DNA of 64,000 nucleotides from Cenococcum geophilum (taxonomy: Eukaryota), in NCBI GenBank assembly GCA_050273025.1, contig CP158636.1:2666001-2730000 (forward strand). The letters run 5' to 3'. Of this stretch, positions 1-12,935 are shown piece after piece. How positions within the stretch are numbered: position 1 is the first letter of the stretch; the number at the start of each line of letters is the position of its first letter. The notes beneath the pieces were generated by a model. It had not been told where the DNA came from. It was given only the letters and a program-made list of their open reading frames with translations, and did not search any database. The translations under genes and the position numbers were made by a program.

Positions 1-337
1 AAAGAGGTCTTATCTATATTCTAGAAGGAGGTCTTATCTATATTCTAAAAGGAGGTCTTATCTATATTCTATCTACGTCCTAGAAGACATGGTTAGATAG
101 ATAAGGGGTAAAGGGTTTTACTAGTGTTTTAGAAAGATTATATAGGGAGCTAGTTCTCCTCTAGAGAAGAACTAGCAATTAGTCTCTAAATAGAAGTGGT
201 TAGAAGCATTTGTCCTTTAATATATAAAACTTATTCTACCTTTAACTTACCTTTTATTTACCTTTAACTTACCTTCTACTTACTAGTAACACTATTGATT
301 AGATAATTATACGTTCCGGTTAGGCTAGCCTCTTACA
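1..337 (+). repeat. 5' LTR of A1 (partial)
   Basis: Near-identical to the 3' LTR at 7372-7725; ends ...CCTCTTACA. Confidence 0.93.
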
Positions 338-3300
338 ATTTTAATTGCTTACAATCCATTAGGAACGTACGGCTATTAATCGATAATAATGAACCATACT
401 TTTGTACCCTATAAAGCAACGCCCTTACTATAAGAGGCTTAAAGAGTCTCCCCAGAGGAGCGCATTCCCTCTTCCTATAAAGAAGCTACGGCTAGTTTGT
501 CTAACCTTATAAGACCTTTAAAAACGATTACCGCTAGGGAGTTATCGGAGCGGTCGCTATATAAAACCCTACAAAAAATAAAGGAGTTAGAGATATGATT
601 AAGATAAGCATATTAAGACTACTAAGAACAATTGTAAGGACAATTGGGGGAAGTGTAGATACCCTAGATACGAAGCGGACTTAAAGGGGTAACGCCACAC
701 TATGCTGTAATATTAGAAAAACCTAAATTCTACATAAAGGAACCTAATAAGTACTATGGTAATAGTCTTTAGAACTATAATCGTTTTATCTAATAATACG
801 AAACTAAGTTTTAGCTAGATCTAAAACATTACTTTAATAAGTATAATTAGACACTAATTACTTCTACCTTCCTACATAGCACCGTCAAGAGTTTATAGAC
901 ACGCTACGAGAAGAAACTTACTATACCCCTTAAATTTAGCGAACTTAGGACCTAGTTAGTTAATTAGGTCTAAAACCCTACTAATTAAGGGATAGACTAC
1001 AACCAGTAATACTACAATGCTAAACAGCGGGATAGTTAGACTATAGTCTAGTTTATAAACTACTTAAAAGAACTAGAAGACAATATACCCTACTTAAATC
1101 TATAGGATGACGCTATATAACTTTACCAGCTACTCGCTAAGCTACGGCCTAAGATTTAATAGGCCATATAAGAAAAGGGCGAAATTCCTACCTCTTGAGA
1201 AAAGCTTATCTCTAAAGCTACTCGGATTAAGAGTGCTAAAAGAGACCATCTAGGCAAGCGAAAGGAATAAAACGCTAACGATAAAGAGCATAGGACTAGA
1301 CCTAGCTTTAATAATAGGGGCAGATTCCGACCTAACCGCTCTATAAAAGGATAACGCGAGTAGGCCTCGCAGCCCTAGAGTAATGCTGGTTAACCCTAAA
1401 ATAATAATAGGCAGAGACCTAATCCGTAAAAGGGGAACCGAGAGACATACACCTATTATAACTGCGGTAAAAAGGGCTATATAAGCCGCTTCTACTAGTA
1501 AAAGAAGTAAGAGTCGGCCTAATTAGGAAAAGAGACAGCCTAGTAAATCTTTACTCCCTTACACTAGGCTAGTAAAAAAAGGAGGGAGTAAACTACCATA
1601 TAGTTATTCCTATCTCTATTTAAGTTAATAATAAATAGGTGACGCAAGACTGCCTTATAGATAGCGGCGCGAGTATAGGGTTCATTTCTTAATTACTAGT
1701 AAAAGAATTAGATTTGGATCTTAGCGGCTCGTAGGTACGCACTATTTAAAGTATTAGAGGCTACTAGATTCTATACTATAGGGAACAGGCTTTTTTTATA
1801 GCTAGCTAGGACCGCGATGGTCTATAGAATACGCAGGAGATACGCCTCTATGCTATAGAAATTAAGGGGTATAACCTTGTTTTAGGATACCTATAGCTTT
1901 ACTAAGTTAATCCAGATATTAATTAGCCTTTAGCCTTGTATTAATATCAGAAGTCTTAACCGCGCATTATAGTTAAAGATTAGGAGACTTTTTTAAACCA
2001 TATATAAGAAGAAGGGTGGGTATATGCTATATATACCACTTTTAACACTAAGAACGGGGACACGGGATATTTATTTTTAGATATCCGGCTATACGCAGTT
2101 AAGGAACTAGAGATTCTATAGGAATATACGGACTTAGAGGATGTTTTTAGTAAAGAGGCTACACAAACCTTACCTAACCCTATGTTGGTTGAGCATAAGA
2201 TAGATATAGGGGATAAATAACCTCTTTTTGGACCACTATATAACCTATTAGAAAATAAGCTGGCGGTACTACGTTAATATATAGTAGACAATTTTTAAAA
2301 AGGATAGATTTGGCCCTCTATAAGCCCGGCAGGGGCACCAATTATATTTATACCTAAGAAGGATAGGATCCTTCGCCTCTATATTAACTATTAGGCGCTA
2401 AATAAGATTACTATAAAGAATCGCTACCCGTTACCCTTAATAGGGGAGCTTATTAATAGGCTATTGGGCGTAAAAATATTTACGAAATTAGATCTAAAAG
2501 ATATATACTATTGAATCCGGATTAAAGCCGGCGATAAATAGAAAACGGCGTTCTAAATATGGTACGGCTACTTTAAGTACCTAGTAATGCCATTTAGGCT
2601 TACTAACGTACTAGTGATATTTCAGGCCTATATTAATAAGGCATTATTAGGCCTATTAGACACAATATGTGTGGTCTACCTTAATAATATTATAGTTTAC
2701 TCTAATAACTACGAAGCATATACGTACTACGTATAAATAGTACTAGAAAGACTGCGGGAATATAAGCTCTATATAAACCTGAAAAAATATACGTTCTATA
2801 CTACTAGCATTAATTTTTTAGGCTTTATTATTAGCGTCAACGGAGTATTAATAGAGAAAAGTCGAGTGGACGCTATTAGGGAATAGCCCTACCCTATAAT
2901 ATTTAGAGAAGTATAGGTTTTCTTAGGCACGGCGAACTTCTATCAAACGTTTATTGTTTACTACTTATAAGTAATACTCCCAATTACCAATCTATTAAAA
3001 GGATCTAAGAATAGCAAGAAGTTAGGACCCTTTATATTTAGGGAAGCTACTAAGTAGGCTATAGACCAGTTAAAGGATTTATTTACGTTAGCGCCTATCC
3101 TAATATACTTCTATTAGGAGCTATATATATACCTTAAAACGGATATATCCGGCTTTACCCTAGGGGCAATTATATCTTAATTAAGAGACGGAAAATGGCA
3201 TCCTATAGCGTTTTAGTCTAGGAAGATAACCCCTATAGAACAGCGTTATATAACGCACGACTAGGAGTTACTTGCGATAGTCACAGTAATAAAGTACTAG

Positions 3301-5469
3301 TGATATTATTGTATAGGAAGCAATTACCCTATTAAAGTCCTTATAGACCATAACAACCTAGAATACTTTATAACTATAAAGGTGTTAAGCGGTTAATAAG
3401 CTAGGTAGGTAGAAATACTATTATAGTACGATTTTAAGATTACGTACCGCCTAGGAAAGATAAATCCTACTAATAGGTTATTAAGACGTCTAGATTACAA
3501 GATAGGGAGGATCTAGAATAGCATAGGGGAAATAATCCCTATATTGCAAAATTTGCTTAGAAAGAAAGAAGACTCTTTCCCTAAAACTATAAAATTTCGT
3601 AGTAGGGTAGAGGTCCTAGTAATGCAGCTACAAAGCAATATAATTATAGAGCCGTAGGATATAGTTATAGACTAGGTTATAGACTAAGCAGATATTACAA
3701 AGTTAGCGTACCCTAGAATTAGCGAGAATTCTGCGGGATATGCTAGAGGTGTTACGGCACCTTTAACTTAACAGCGTATTAGCTGCAAGTTTTTAGATCT
3801 AAGGGGAATAGGTAAGATGCCTATCCGCAGCGTGGCATACTATATAATGGTAGGAGAATCTACTAGCACTAATAGTTTAAAACGTCTTATACTACGCCTT
3901 AAGTCTATAATAGCGGCAGGTAAAATAGAAGTAAGTAATCTATATAAAACCTTTCCGGATCTTCTTCTTTAAGCTTAATAAAGGGACACTTTCGCCTCTA
4001 GGGAGAGGTAGAAAGATATAGTGGAGACTAACTTAGCTAGAGTTACTAAGAAGCTATAGTAGTAAGACTAAAAGGGTTTGTTACGCTTTAAGGGTGCTAT
4101 ATATATCCCAAAGGACCAAGTAATTTAAGACGAAATTCTAAAGGTCTTCTACAACAACTCTCTTAGGGGTTACTATAGTGCTAATAGAACCCTTAAGGCC
4201 GTTTAAAGGAAATACTTTTAGGATAGAATATCTAAAGAGGTTAAGGACTATATATTAAGGTATAATACGTACCAAAGGATATAGATATCTAGGTATCGCC
4301 TATATAGCAAGTTATTAGTACTTCCTATTCCGTAGGGACCTATATTAGAATTAATAATAGATTTTATTATAGGCTTACCCCCTACTAAGATAAGAACTAG
4401 AGAGGTTACTAACGCTATCTTAGTAATCGTTAATAGGTATATAAAGTTTTTAGGATACTTTGCTATTATAATAACGATTATAGCAGCAGAACTAGCAGAC
4501 CTGTTTTTAGAATAGTAGCTTTTATTTAGCACGCTAAGGGGAATCGTGTCTGACAGAGGCACCGTATTTAATAGTACATTTTGGTCTTTATTCTATCTCT
4601 TATTGAAAATACGGCGAAGGATAAGTATTACCTTTTACCTATAAATAGACGGGCAAATAAAGCGTCTAAATGCGTTGTTAAAACACTACCTCCGCTACTA
4701 TATTAATTATTAACAGGATAATTAGACATTATAGTTAGCTCTAGCGCAGCACGTATATAATATAAGCATCTATAGCAGTATAAAAATGACCCCTTATAAA
4801 GCATTATTTGGGGTAAAAGCAAATAACCCCTAGAATGTTAAGGACATTATTCCCAAAAGAGAGGTACCGGTAGCGTCCAAAAGAATTAAGTAAATAAGAA
4901 TTCGCAAAGAGGAACTTAAAAAGCACTTACTAGACGCCTAGGCCGTATAAAAAAGGTACTATAATAAAAAACATATACTAAAAGAACTTAAGATAGGAGA
5001 CGAAGTCTTACTATTTATAAAAAATATCTAAATAAAACGCATTAAGAAGAAGCTGGATCACCAGTAGCTTAAACCCTTTAAGATAGTTAAGAAAACTAAA
5101 GGAAACCAAGCCTATAAATTAGAATTACCGAAATCTTATCCAATATATCCTATATTTTATATTTCCTTACTAAAGCTATACCGGAGAAGAGATAGTGCGG
5201 AACCGCCCCTACCTAGCAAAATTAATAGGGAACTAGAATGGAATGTAGAAGATATTTTAGACTAAAGATGGCGCTAAAAAAAGCGCGAATTTTTAGTTCG
5301 TTAGGAAGGATACTCCTAGGCGCATAATAGTTAGGAACTTAAGGAGTACCTTTAGCCAGGATGTAATACCGTAATTAAAACCTTCCTAAGAACTAAAGGT
5401 AAAGACTTAGAAATAGTTCCGGATATACTATAGGTAAAGTAATAGGGAAGACCCCACAAATTAAAACCA

Positions 5470-7260
5470 TAAGATTAAGTATAGGCATTAAGAACGGAAA
5501 TGTTTCGCTATTATAATAGGGATCCTAGAATCCTATAAGAGGAAGCCTATAAGGATCTATAGGAGAACCACTAGGGATACTATTTAAAGAAGACGCTATA
5601 TAAGAAGGAGTAGTAGCACTATAAGAAGTGGCCTTAGGGATTTAGAAAGATCCCCTAAGGATAAAAGGAGAGTATCTAGCCTAGCACTAAAGATACGCAG
5701 TAAAGTTAATAATACGAAGAGGAGCAAAAGGACAGCCTATAAAGAATCAGAAATTTTAAGGAATTATAAGGCACCTATAGGAATACTACCCGTTTATCAC
5801 ATATAGGGATTATAATAGTGCACTACGTTTATATAGATTGTCACCAAAGCTTAGAACAAAGGTATCCCTAAAGTATAAAGTCAATTCCTAATAATAGGGC
5901 ATCCTGGAGGCACCTAAGAGGCACTATATAAAGCTATTCTACAAGAAGAAGGAAAGAGCTAGGTAATAACTTAAACACTAACAGTAGTAACAGGAGCCTC
6001 CTCTTCCATCTTAACGTTATTATCAACAGTATTATCGGCTCCTCTATCCCTAGAAGTATTAGTACTTCTACTAATATTCTTCTTAGAATAATAGGTACTA
6101 AAAGGACTAGCACAGGCGGAAGACTGGCGAGAAGAACGTTTATCTTAACGTTTATTACTATTCTTAGTATCCTTAGGTTCTAAATTGGCGTCTAAGTAGG
6201 GATTAGAGAGATATTAGCTAAAGGAGTTAGCATAGTTCCTAAGCGAGTTACTAGAGAAACTCACCTAGCTAAAGTAGCCCGCGTAAGAGTATAAATATTA
6301 TTATTAATAAGGACGAGCTGTTTGTATATACGCTCCTAAACACTATATATTTAAGAACGTTACGTTTCCACAGCAGTGGAAACCCTTATAGAATTAAAGA
6401 GTCTGCAAGTAAGGGAAAACACCTTCTATCCCCGCCTATTACTATTAGGATATTAGCGGAAATCTTAGATGGCGCGTTAGAGCCTACAAGTCTTATGCGT
6501 ATGGATAGTGGGGATCTAGCATAATTAGCGAAATCTAGAATAGGACGGAATAGGAAATACTAGGACGTAGGTCTTTCTCCTGCTATAATAATAGGAGCAC
6601 TTAAATTTATTTTTGCCGGAGCGAGGCATTTTATAGATATAGGAAGGATCCTATATAAGAGCATAAACGTAGCAACAATAGTATTTCAGGGAAACTGCTA
6701 TAGGAGTAATAGACGCTGTCTAGGGCGTTACCAGGAGATTAACAATACTGCCGCTAGTCTGGGGACCATAAGCTATTATAAGAAAATACTCTAAGAAGTT
6801 AGTATTGTTATAAAAAGATAAGGTAGGGATCCTATTACTTACAGACGTATTATAAAAAGAGAATAAAGTAGCTATAAAAGAATAGCTAGAGATATGGAAG
6901 CTAAAAGCGGAGATATAAAGGAAACAGTCTGCTAAAAGACGAGATAAATAGTGTTATTGATGAAAAGACGCGTAAGAGGCGATAGCTTATAAACTAGAAG
7001 AAAATTAAAATAAAGACGTTATTATCAGAATCTATTTTAGGTAAATAGGGATAGTGGCTTATAGACGCGTTATATAGAACAACCTCTAGATTAACTTATA
7101 ACAAACTCTTATAATAAGAAAGGTAAATCCTATCTAATTTTTATTATTATTATTTTAGTTCTATTATAAAGGTATTATAAGGAACTATAGTAGGAAAAGA
7201 GTAAAGGAACTAAGGATAAAGTAAGGTTCTACGCTAGTAAAGAACTAGCTATAAGCCGCA
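5470..7260 (-). pseudogene. Probable RIP-destroyed antisense ORF in the long 3' region of A1
   Basis: About 1.9 kb lies between the chromodomain and the PPT. The minus-strand frame read at 5761-6000 (EAPVTTVSV*VIT*LFPSSCRIALYSAS*VPPGCP...) is protein-like and its stops fit RIP of CAA/CAG/CGA codons. Limits are approximate. Confidence 0.4.
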
Positions 7261-7371
7261 TTATAGAGTACCTTTCCACTAAGAATTTCCCTAGTGGTTT
7301 TAGCCGGAACTTTATAAAAGCTTAGTAAAGGTAAAGTCTTAGAGGACTAAGACCTTTAAAGGGGAGGTAAT

Positions 7372-7725
7372 TATAACGGAATTCCCTAAAAGGTATATAT
7401 TAGATAAGACAGAAGGAGGTCTCATCTATATTTTAGAAGGAGGTCTTATCTATATTCTATCTATATTTTAGAAGACATAGTTAAATAGATAAGGGGTAAA
7501 GGGTTTTGCTAGCGTCTTAGAAAGATTATATAGGGAGCTGGTTCTCCTCTAGAGAAGAACTAGCGATTAGTCTCTAAATAGAAGTGGTTAGAAGTATTTG
7601 TCCTTTAATATATAAAACTTATTCTACCTTTAACTTACCTTCTATTTACCTTTAACTTACCTTCTACTTACTGGTAACACTATTAATTAGATAATTATAC
7701 GTTCCGGTTAAGCTAGCCTCTTATA
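7372..7725 (+). repeat. 3' LTR of A1 (354 bp)
   Basis: TATAACGG...CTCTTATA (RIPed TGTAAC...TTACA), directly after the PPT. Confidence 0.93.
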
Positions 7726-10700
7726 TTAAGCCTCTTAGAACTAATCTTAAAGAGGATACATATTAAGGTTTTGGATTAACTAGGGTGGTAAAGGTAGGTT
7801 CTTCCTATATAATCTAACATCACGTATTCTACCTAATTTCAGCTTGCTGTTATTAAGTCGACTATTAAGGTTAAACTTCCTTTCTACTAAGAAGGCGCCG
7901 TAATAGGCTAACGTGATCCTTTTAGTAACAAAATCTTTAAACCTATTATTGCTGGCTTCCTTAAACAAGTCTTTAACTAAGTTATTAGACACCCCTTAAG
8001 TGTTAAACGCATCTCCTGCTTAATAAGCGACGTCTTAATTAGTACCTTATATATCTAACTTTGTAGGATACTCAATATAAAAGGCATATAGAGATTCTTT
8101 GTCTTTTTCTGTTGGAGGTGGTGTATAGTATGTATCTTTAAGAGCTCTTATAAGCTTAAGATCTGCTAACTTATTAAAGGCTTAAACTAGCTTATTAACG
8201 TCGTTATCTTCCTCTTAAATTAACGGTTTAAATACTTCTTTATTGTCTTCTAGAAGGACCTCGTTTTTAGTTTAGGTATTAAGTAGTTAAATCTTCTTAA
8301 TTAGTATATCTAATTTAGCGTATAGGTCCTCTAAGATATCCGTTCACTTACTATTAAAGAATATTTTTTTATTAAAGATGACATCCCTTATAGAGATAAC
8401 GATACCCTTATATAGGATCTAGATCCTATAGATATTGGTAGAGTTATAGCTAACGAGATAGCCGATATAGGCTCGCGGATCTAGCTTGCTTAGCCTTTTC
8501 TTCCTTAGCTAGACGTCTAACGTTATTATATACACCCTATAGCCGTAGGCTTTTAGGTGCACTAGTTATGGCTTTTTTAATCTCCTATTAGCCAGGAAGG
8601 TATAGAACCTCTTATATAGTAATTTCCATCCATTACTTTCTTATAGCGTTTAATCTCGAAGATAGACTATATAGTTAATAATCTTATTCTATAAGTTATA
8701 TAGTAAATTAGCAGCAATTCTTATTACCTATACTCTTTTAATAATTATACCCCCTAAGTATTCGGCGGTACTATTTTAAGCTTAGGTATATAGCACTAAA
8801 GGCTTAAATATAATCCCTTAGGACCGTAGCTATTTAAGGGTTCTCCTTCTCCCTAGCTTGTTATCTAATCTAATAGTATTAACTTTAAGGTTATACCTCA
8901 GACGAATCCACTAGATAAAATCTTTAAGCACTTATAGTGTCTCCTTCTCCTCGCTATACGTTGTTATAAAGTATGGAAAGGATCTTCCTAAGTAGGTGTT
9001 ATAGATAAGTATAACTCGTATAAATCCTATATATACTTTCTTAAGGTTAGTCTAGTTAATATAGAGGTTAAAATAGGGTTTATTAATCTTCTATTTTAAG
9101 AACCTTCTTAAAACCTAACGCTTAATTTTAGCGAGACTATAATATTAATATTCCGTCGTCTTTAGGCCTTAAAGCTTAACTCCTAAGGCGTTAAGACCTA
9201 AATAATAAAGGCTTATAGGTTCTAGATAACCTAGACGCAGATACTATAGATATATATCTCCTTTTAAATTTAGACGATTATCTCTTAACAATACTCTGCG
9301 CTTTCTTTAGCGTAGTAGTTGGCTTATATTAAACGCTAATAAACTTCCTAGTTAGACGTATTTAATAGTCTATTATTTATAATATTCTTCTATTTAATAT
9401 AGGACTAAGTTATCCTTTTAAACTAGAAGATTATTCTCTCCTTTATTATCCTAGTAGTATTTTTATTTTTAAAGTAGACGGAACAACACTAGATTTATAT
9501 TAAAGTCCGTATAAAAGGCAACATCCTTAAAACATAGGATTCCCTTGCTTTTATCTGGTTTTATAACTTAGACGGTAATATTGCTATAGCCTAGTATAGG
9601 CACTTCTAAGCTGCTGGTAATAACGTATTTAAGTTTTAAAGCTTTCCTAAAGTTATAGAAACGAGAGAGGTTATTAAAGATATAGAGAGTAGTTCCTAAG
9701 TTAAGAATAGTTAATAGCTTTAGTGGATAGATTTAACCTATATGGTATAATTTTAGGAATATCGCATTAGCATTTCCCTTAATCTTAACTTCCTAACTCT
9801 TGTTTTATCGTTATTAAGCCTTATCTTCTTATTCTTTAAGTCTAATCTTTATAACTTAGTTAGCGAGATCCTTATTCTTTTCTACCTTTTTTAGCACCCT
9901 TTTAATGCGAGCATCTTTGATTGTAACTCCTTTAGGTCTCTTGTCTTTAAATAAATACTAATAGTCCTATAAGGAATGTCCTTGTTTCTTACACGCTAAG
10001 TATATAGGTAGTAGCTTTTTATAGAATATCTTCTTATCTACTAGTGACCTAGCTCTCTTTAAGCGTCTAGTATATACTAAGGTTCCTTTCCCTAGACCTT
10101 TAGTAGTATTAGAGTAATCTATTATAGCTTGCTCTACAAAGTCTATATTAAAGGTACTCCCTCTTATAATAGTATTAGCTTTCTTTAAGGGTATTCTAAG
10201 TCCTTCTTATAGCTCCTTTACTACTCTACGGTATTTAGAAGATCTTAACTTCTAAGGGTTATTTAACTTAGTAGTATACTTTATATAATAGGCGTTGCTA
10301 AAAGGTTAAATAACTTCTACTAATTCTTAAAGCTAGATTCCATTGGATATTTAAGGGATCTTATACTTCTGTCCTAATACTATTATATATTCCTATTAAT
10401 ATAACCACTAATTTAATTTTAACAAGTATTTAAACCCCTTAAGGGCTTCCGTGTACTAGTGTTATACCTTTTTCCTAATAAACGATAAGGTAGGTTCTAT
10501 ATTCTCCTTTAGTTAAGATAGCCATTCTTTAACTATTAAGGAAGGGTTAAGCAGTAGCTTCTTCTGAATTAATACTGTGGATGTAATTTAGGTGCGAATC
10601 TTTTAAAGGTACTCTTCTTGTTTTAGGAAATACTTTATATTTTAGTTATAGTATTGTCTACTATTCTTATACGCCCTCTATTAATTTATCGAGAGCTATA

Positions 10701-11413
10701 TATATAAGGTTGTATTCTTATTAAAATCTATAACTTCTAAATAGGGTAGTTCTTATAGTAGACCTTATTAAGGTGCTGTATTATTTGGGTTAATATAGGC
10801 CTAAATTCGTTTATCCACGAGGGCTTATAGTTGCCAGATTTATTACTCCTAGTCTTCTAGCTTATTAAGGATAATTATAGTAGACGAACTCGAAGTTGGT
10901 GGAGTTATTTAACTAATAGGTAAAGGAGGAATTAAGATAGTATTTTGCTATTAGGATTATCCTTATTATTAGGATTATCCTTATTATTAGGATTGTCCTT
11001 ATTATTAGGATTGTCCTTATCATTAGGATCGTCCTTTAACAATTAAGGTAGAGTCTTATAGAATCTCGTGGAATCTTATAAAATCTCGTCCTATAACAAT
11101 TAAGGTAGGATTTTAATTAGGGTTATCTTAAGACAATAAGGTGTTAGAGTCTAACAATAAGGTAGAATTTCTTTAAATAATTAAGTAATAGCTAAATAGC
11201 TTCTTGTATTAGTGGACTAGGCTTATAACTGTTAGATAACTTATATAGAGCTATTTATTAATAAAATAGGTTAATTGATTAATAATCTTAATTATAACTT
11301 AATGGTTACTTAACCTAGGGCCCCTAGGCTTAGACGAAGATATTTATAATATATGTAATCCGTATATAGACTAGTGCATATTCTATACCACTAAGAATAC
11401 AAATTATCTAATA
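7726..11413 (-). mobile_element. Ty1/Copia B, downstream unit of a tandem dimer (gag-PR-IN part; remainder displaced beyond the window by A1)
   Basis: Collinear with 19332-21413 plus 23963-25563. Integrase HLKAYGYRVY at ~8530-8560 (minus). RIPed PBS next to LTR 11230-11413. Confidence 0.9.
11230..11413 (-). repeat. Shared central LTR of the Copia B dimer (184 bp)
   Basis: RIPed copy of 25380-25563. PPT (GGGGGGTA on minus) on its right and PBS remnant on its left. Confidence 0.92.
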
Positions 11414-12935
11414 TACCCCCTTAGCTTTAACCTGGTTAAGGACGAAGCTAGCTACCTTCTTGTATCCGTTAATGCGTTAATTAAACTATAATCTTATTTA
11501 AATTCTTCCGTCTTGCTCTAATATTCTCCCTTAGGTCCTCTAGTTGCTTCTCCTTATTTAGCTACTCCTTAATATCTACTATCTTAATTATATTAATAAA
11601 GCTTTAAAACCTCTACTTAGGTAGGGCCTTTATAAGTCTATTAGCGATTATTTCCTTCGTCACTGTCTATTAAAATTATACTTGTCTCTTTATATATTCC
11701 TAATATAGTTAGTATTAATAAATATCAATATATCGGAGCTTTGTAATTAGCTTTACCATATCTTCTATAATTAGTTAGAGCGTTTAGGTGTTATCGCAGT
11801 TAATAATTAAAGGCTTATTTAGTTATAACGTTATTACTTTAAATAGCCTACTAATAAAGATAGCTTCCTTTACTGTCTATAATAGGGCTAATAGCTTAGC
11901 TTTTATGCTTAATGTTATAACTATACCCTACTTATTTACTCTCTAGGCGATTAGCCCCCTAAATAGCTTTATAATATATCTTTACGAGCTCTTTTTATTA
12001 ATGGAGTTATCCGTAAATAATGCGTCGCTAGTATAGATAAATAATTGCGCTTTATTTCTACCGTCTCCGTCGTTTTATCCTTAATTACGTATTCCTTTAT
12101 CTTTCCCTCTACTGTTTATTCTTTCCCTCTACTGTTTATTCTTTCCTTATCTCCTCTATAGTAGATTACTCTACTCCTCATACTATATAGGTACTAAATA
12201 ACTCTTTCTGCCGCTTAATAGTGCTCTTAGCTTAGGTCCTAATTGAACCTTACTAGCCGTAATACTGTAAAGGCAATATCTAAACGTGTTATAGTGGCTA
12301 TATAGAGTACTAAACCCAGTTTTCTTTAATATAGTATTGTAGAAGCTAGTAGGGATATAGAACGGACTAATAGGTCTATATTAGGGGACGGACGCGTTAA
12401 ATAGGTCCTATGGTAATTAATAAGGAGGAGTTCCAATTCTGCCATAAGAGTGTCTAAAAGACGCCCTCTAAGATCTATCTTATACTAGTTAGCTATCTTC
12501 TTAATATAGGCTTCCTAGGATAGCTATAGGAGCCTCTAGCTATAATTGCGTAGTACGTAGATTTCTAGGAACAATTTTAGCTCGCTAAGGGTATTTATCT
12601 AGTATTCCTTACTTAGCTCCTTAATTACTTCTTAAGCTTTCTTCTTATCTATCTTTTGGTAGTAGAAGACAATATTATTAACGTAGAAGAAGATGACTAT
12701 TTCACCTTTTAGTATAATACACGGCTCCTAGGGTACTTCTTTAAAACCCAATTCATTTAATAAGCTCGTGAGATTCTTCTACTATAATAGTGGTGATCGT
12801 CGTAGTCCGTATAGGGCTTTTCTTAAACATAGTACTTTGTCTGTCTTTCCTTTATTAAACCCTAGCGGTAGCTTTATATAGACGACCTTATCGAGATCGT
12901 AATGGACAAACGCATTAACTATATCTATCTATATC

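Larger units (their letters stand above)
1..7725 (+). mobile_element. Ty3/Gypsy chromovirus A1, RIP-inactivated (5' LTR cut by window edge)
   Basis: LTR copies at <1-337 and 7372-7725; PPT AAAGGGGAGGTAA at ~7358-7370. Degenerate gag zinc knuckle (~1455-1500), protease LIDSGA (~1655), RT VYLNNI (=YLDDI, ~2675), RNase H, integrase DFIIGLP (~4360) and chromodomain EWNVEDIL...FLVR*EGY (~5235-5340). Inserted into Copia B sequence. Confidence 0.95.

Noticed and set aside
10950..11035. 18-bp tandem repeat (also at ~25100-25185)
   Set aside because: It is an ordinary low-complexity repeat near the 5' end of Copia B, present in both units.
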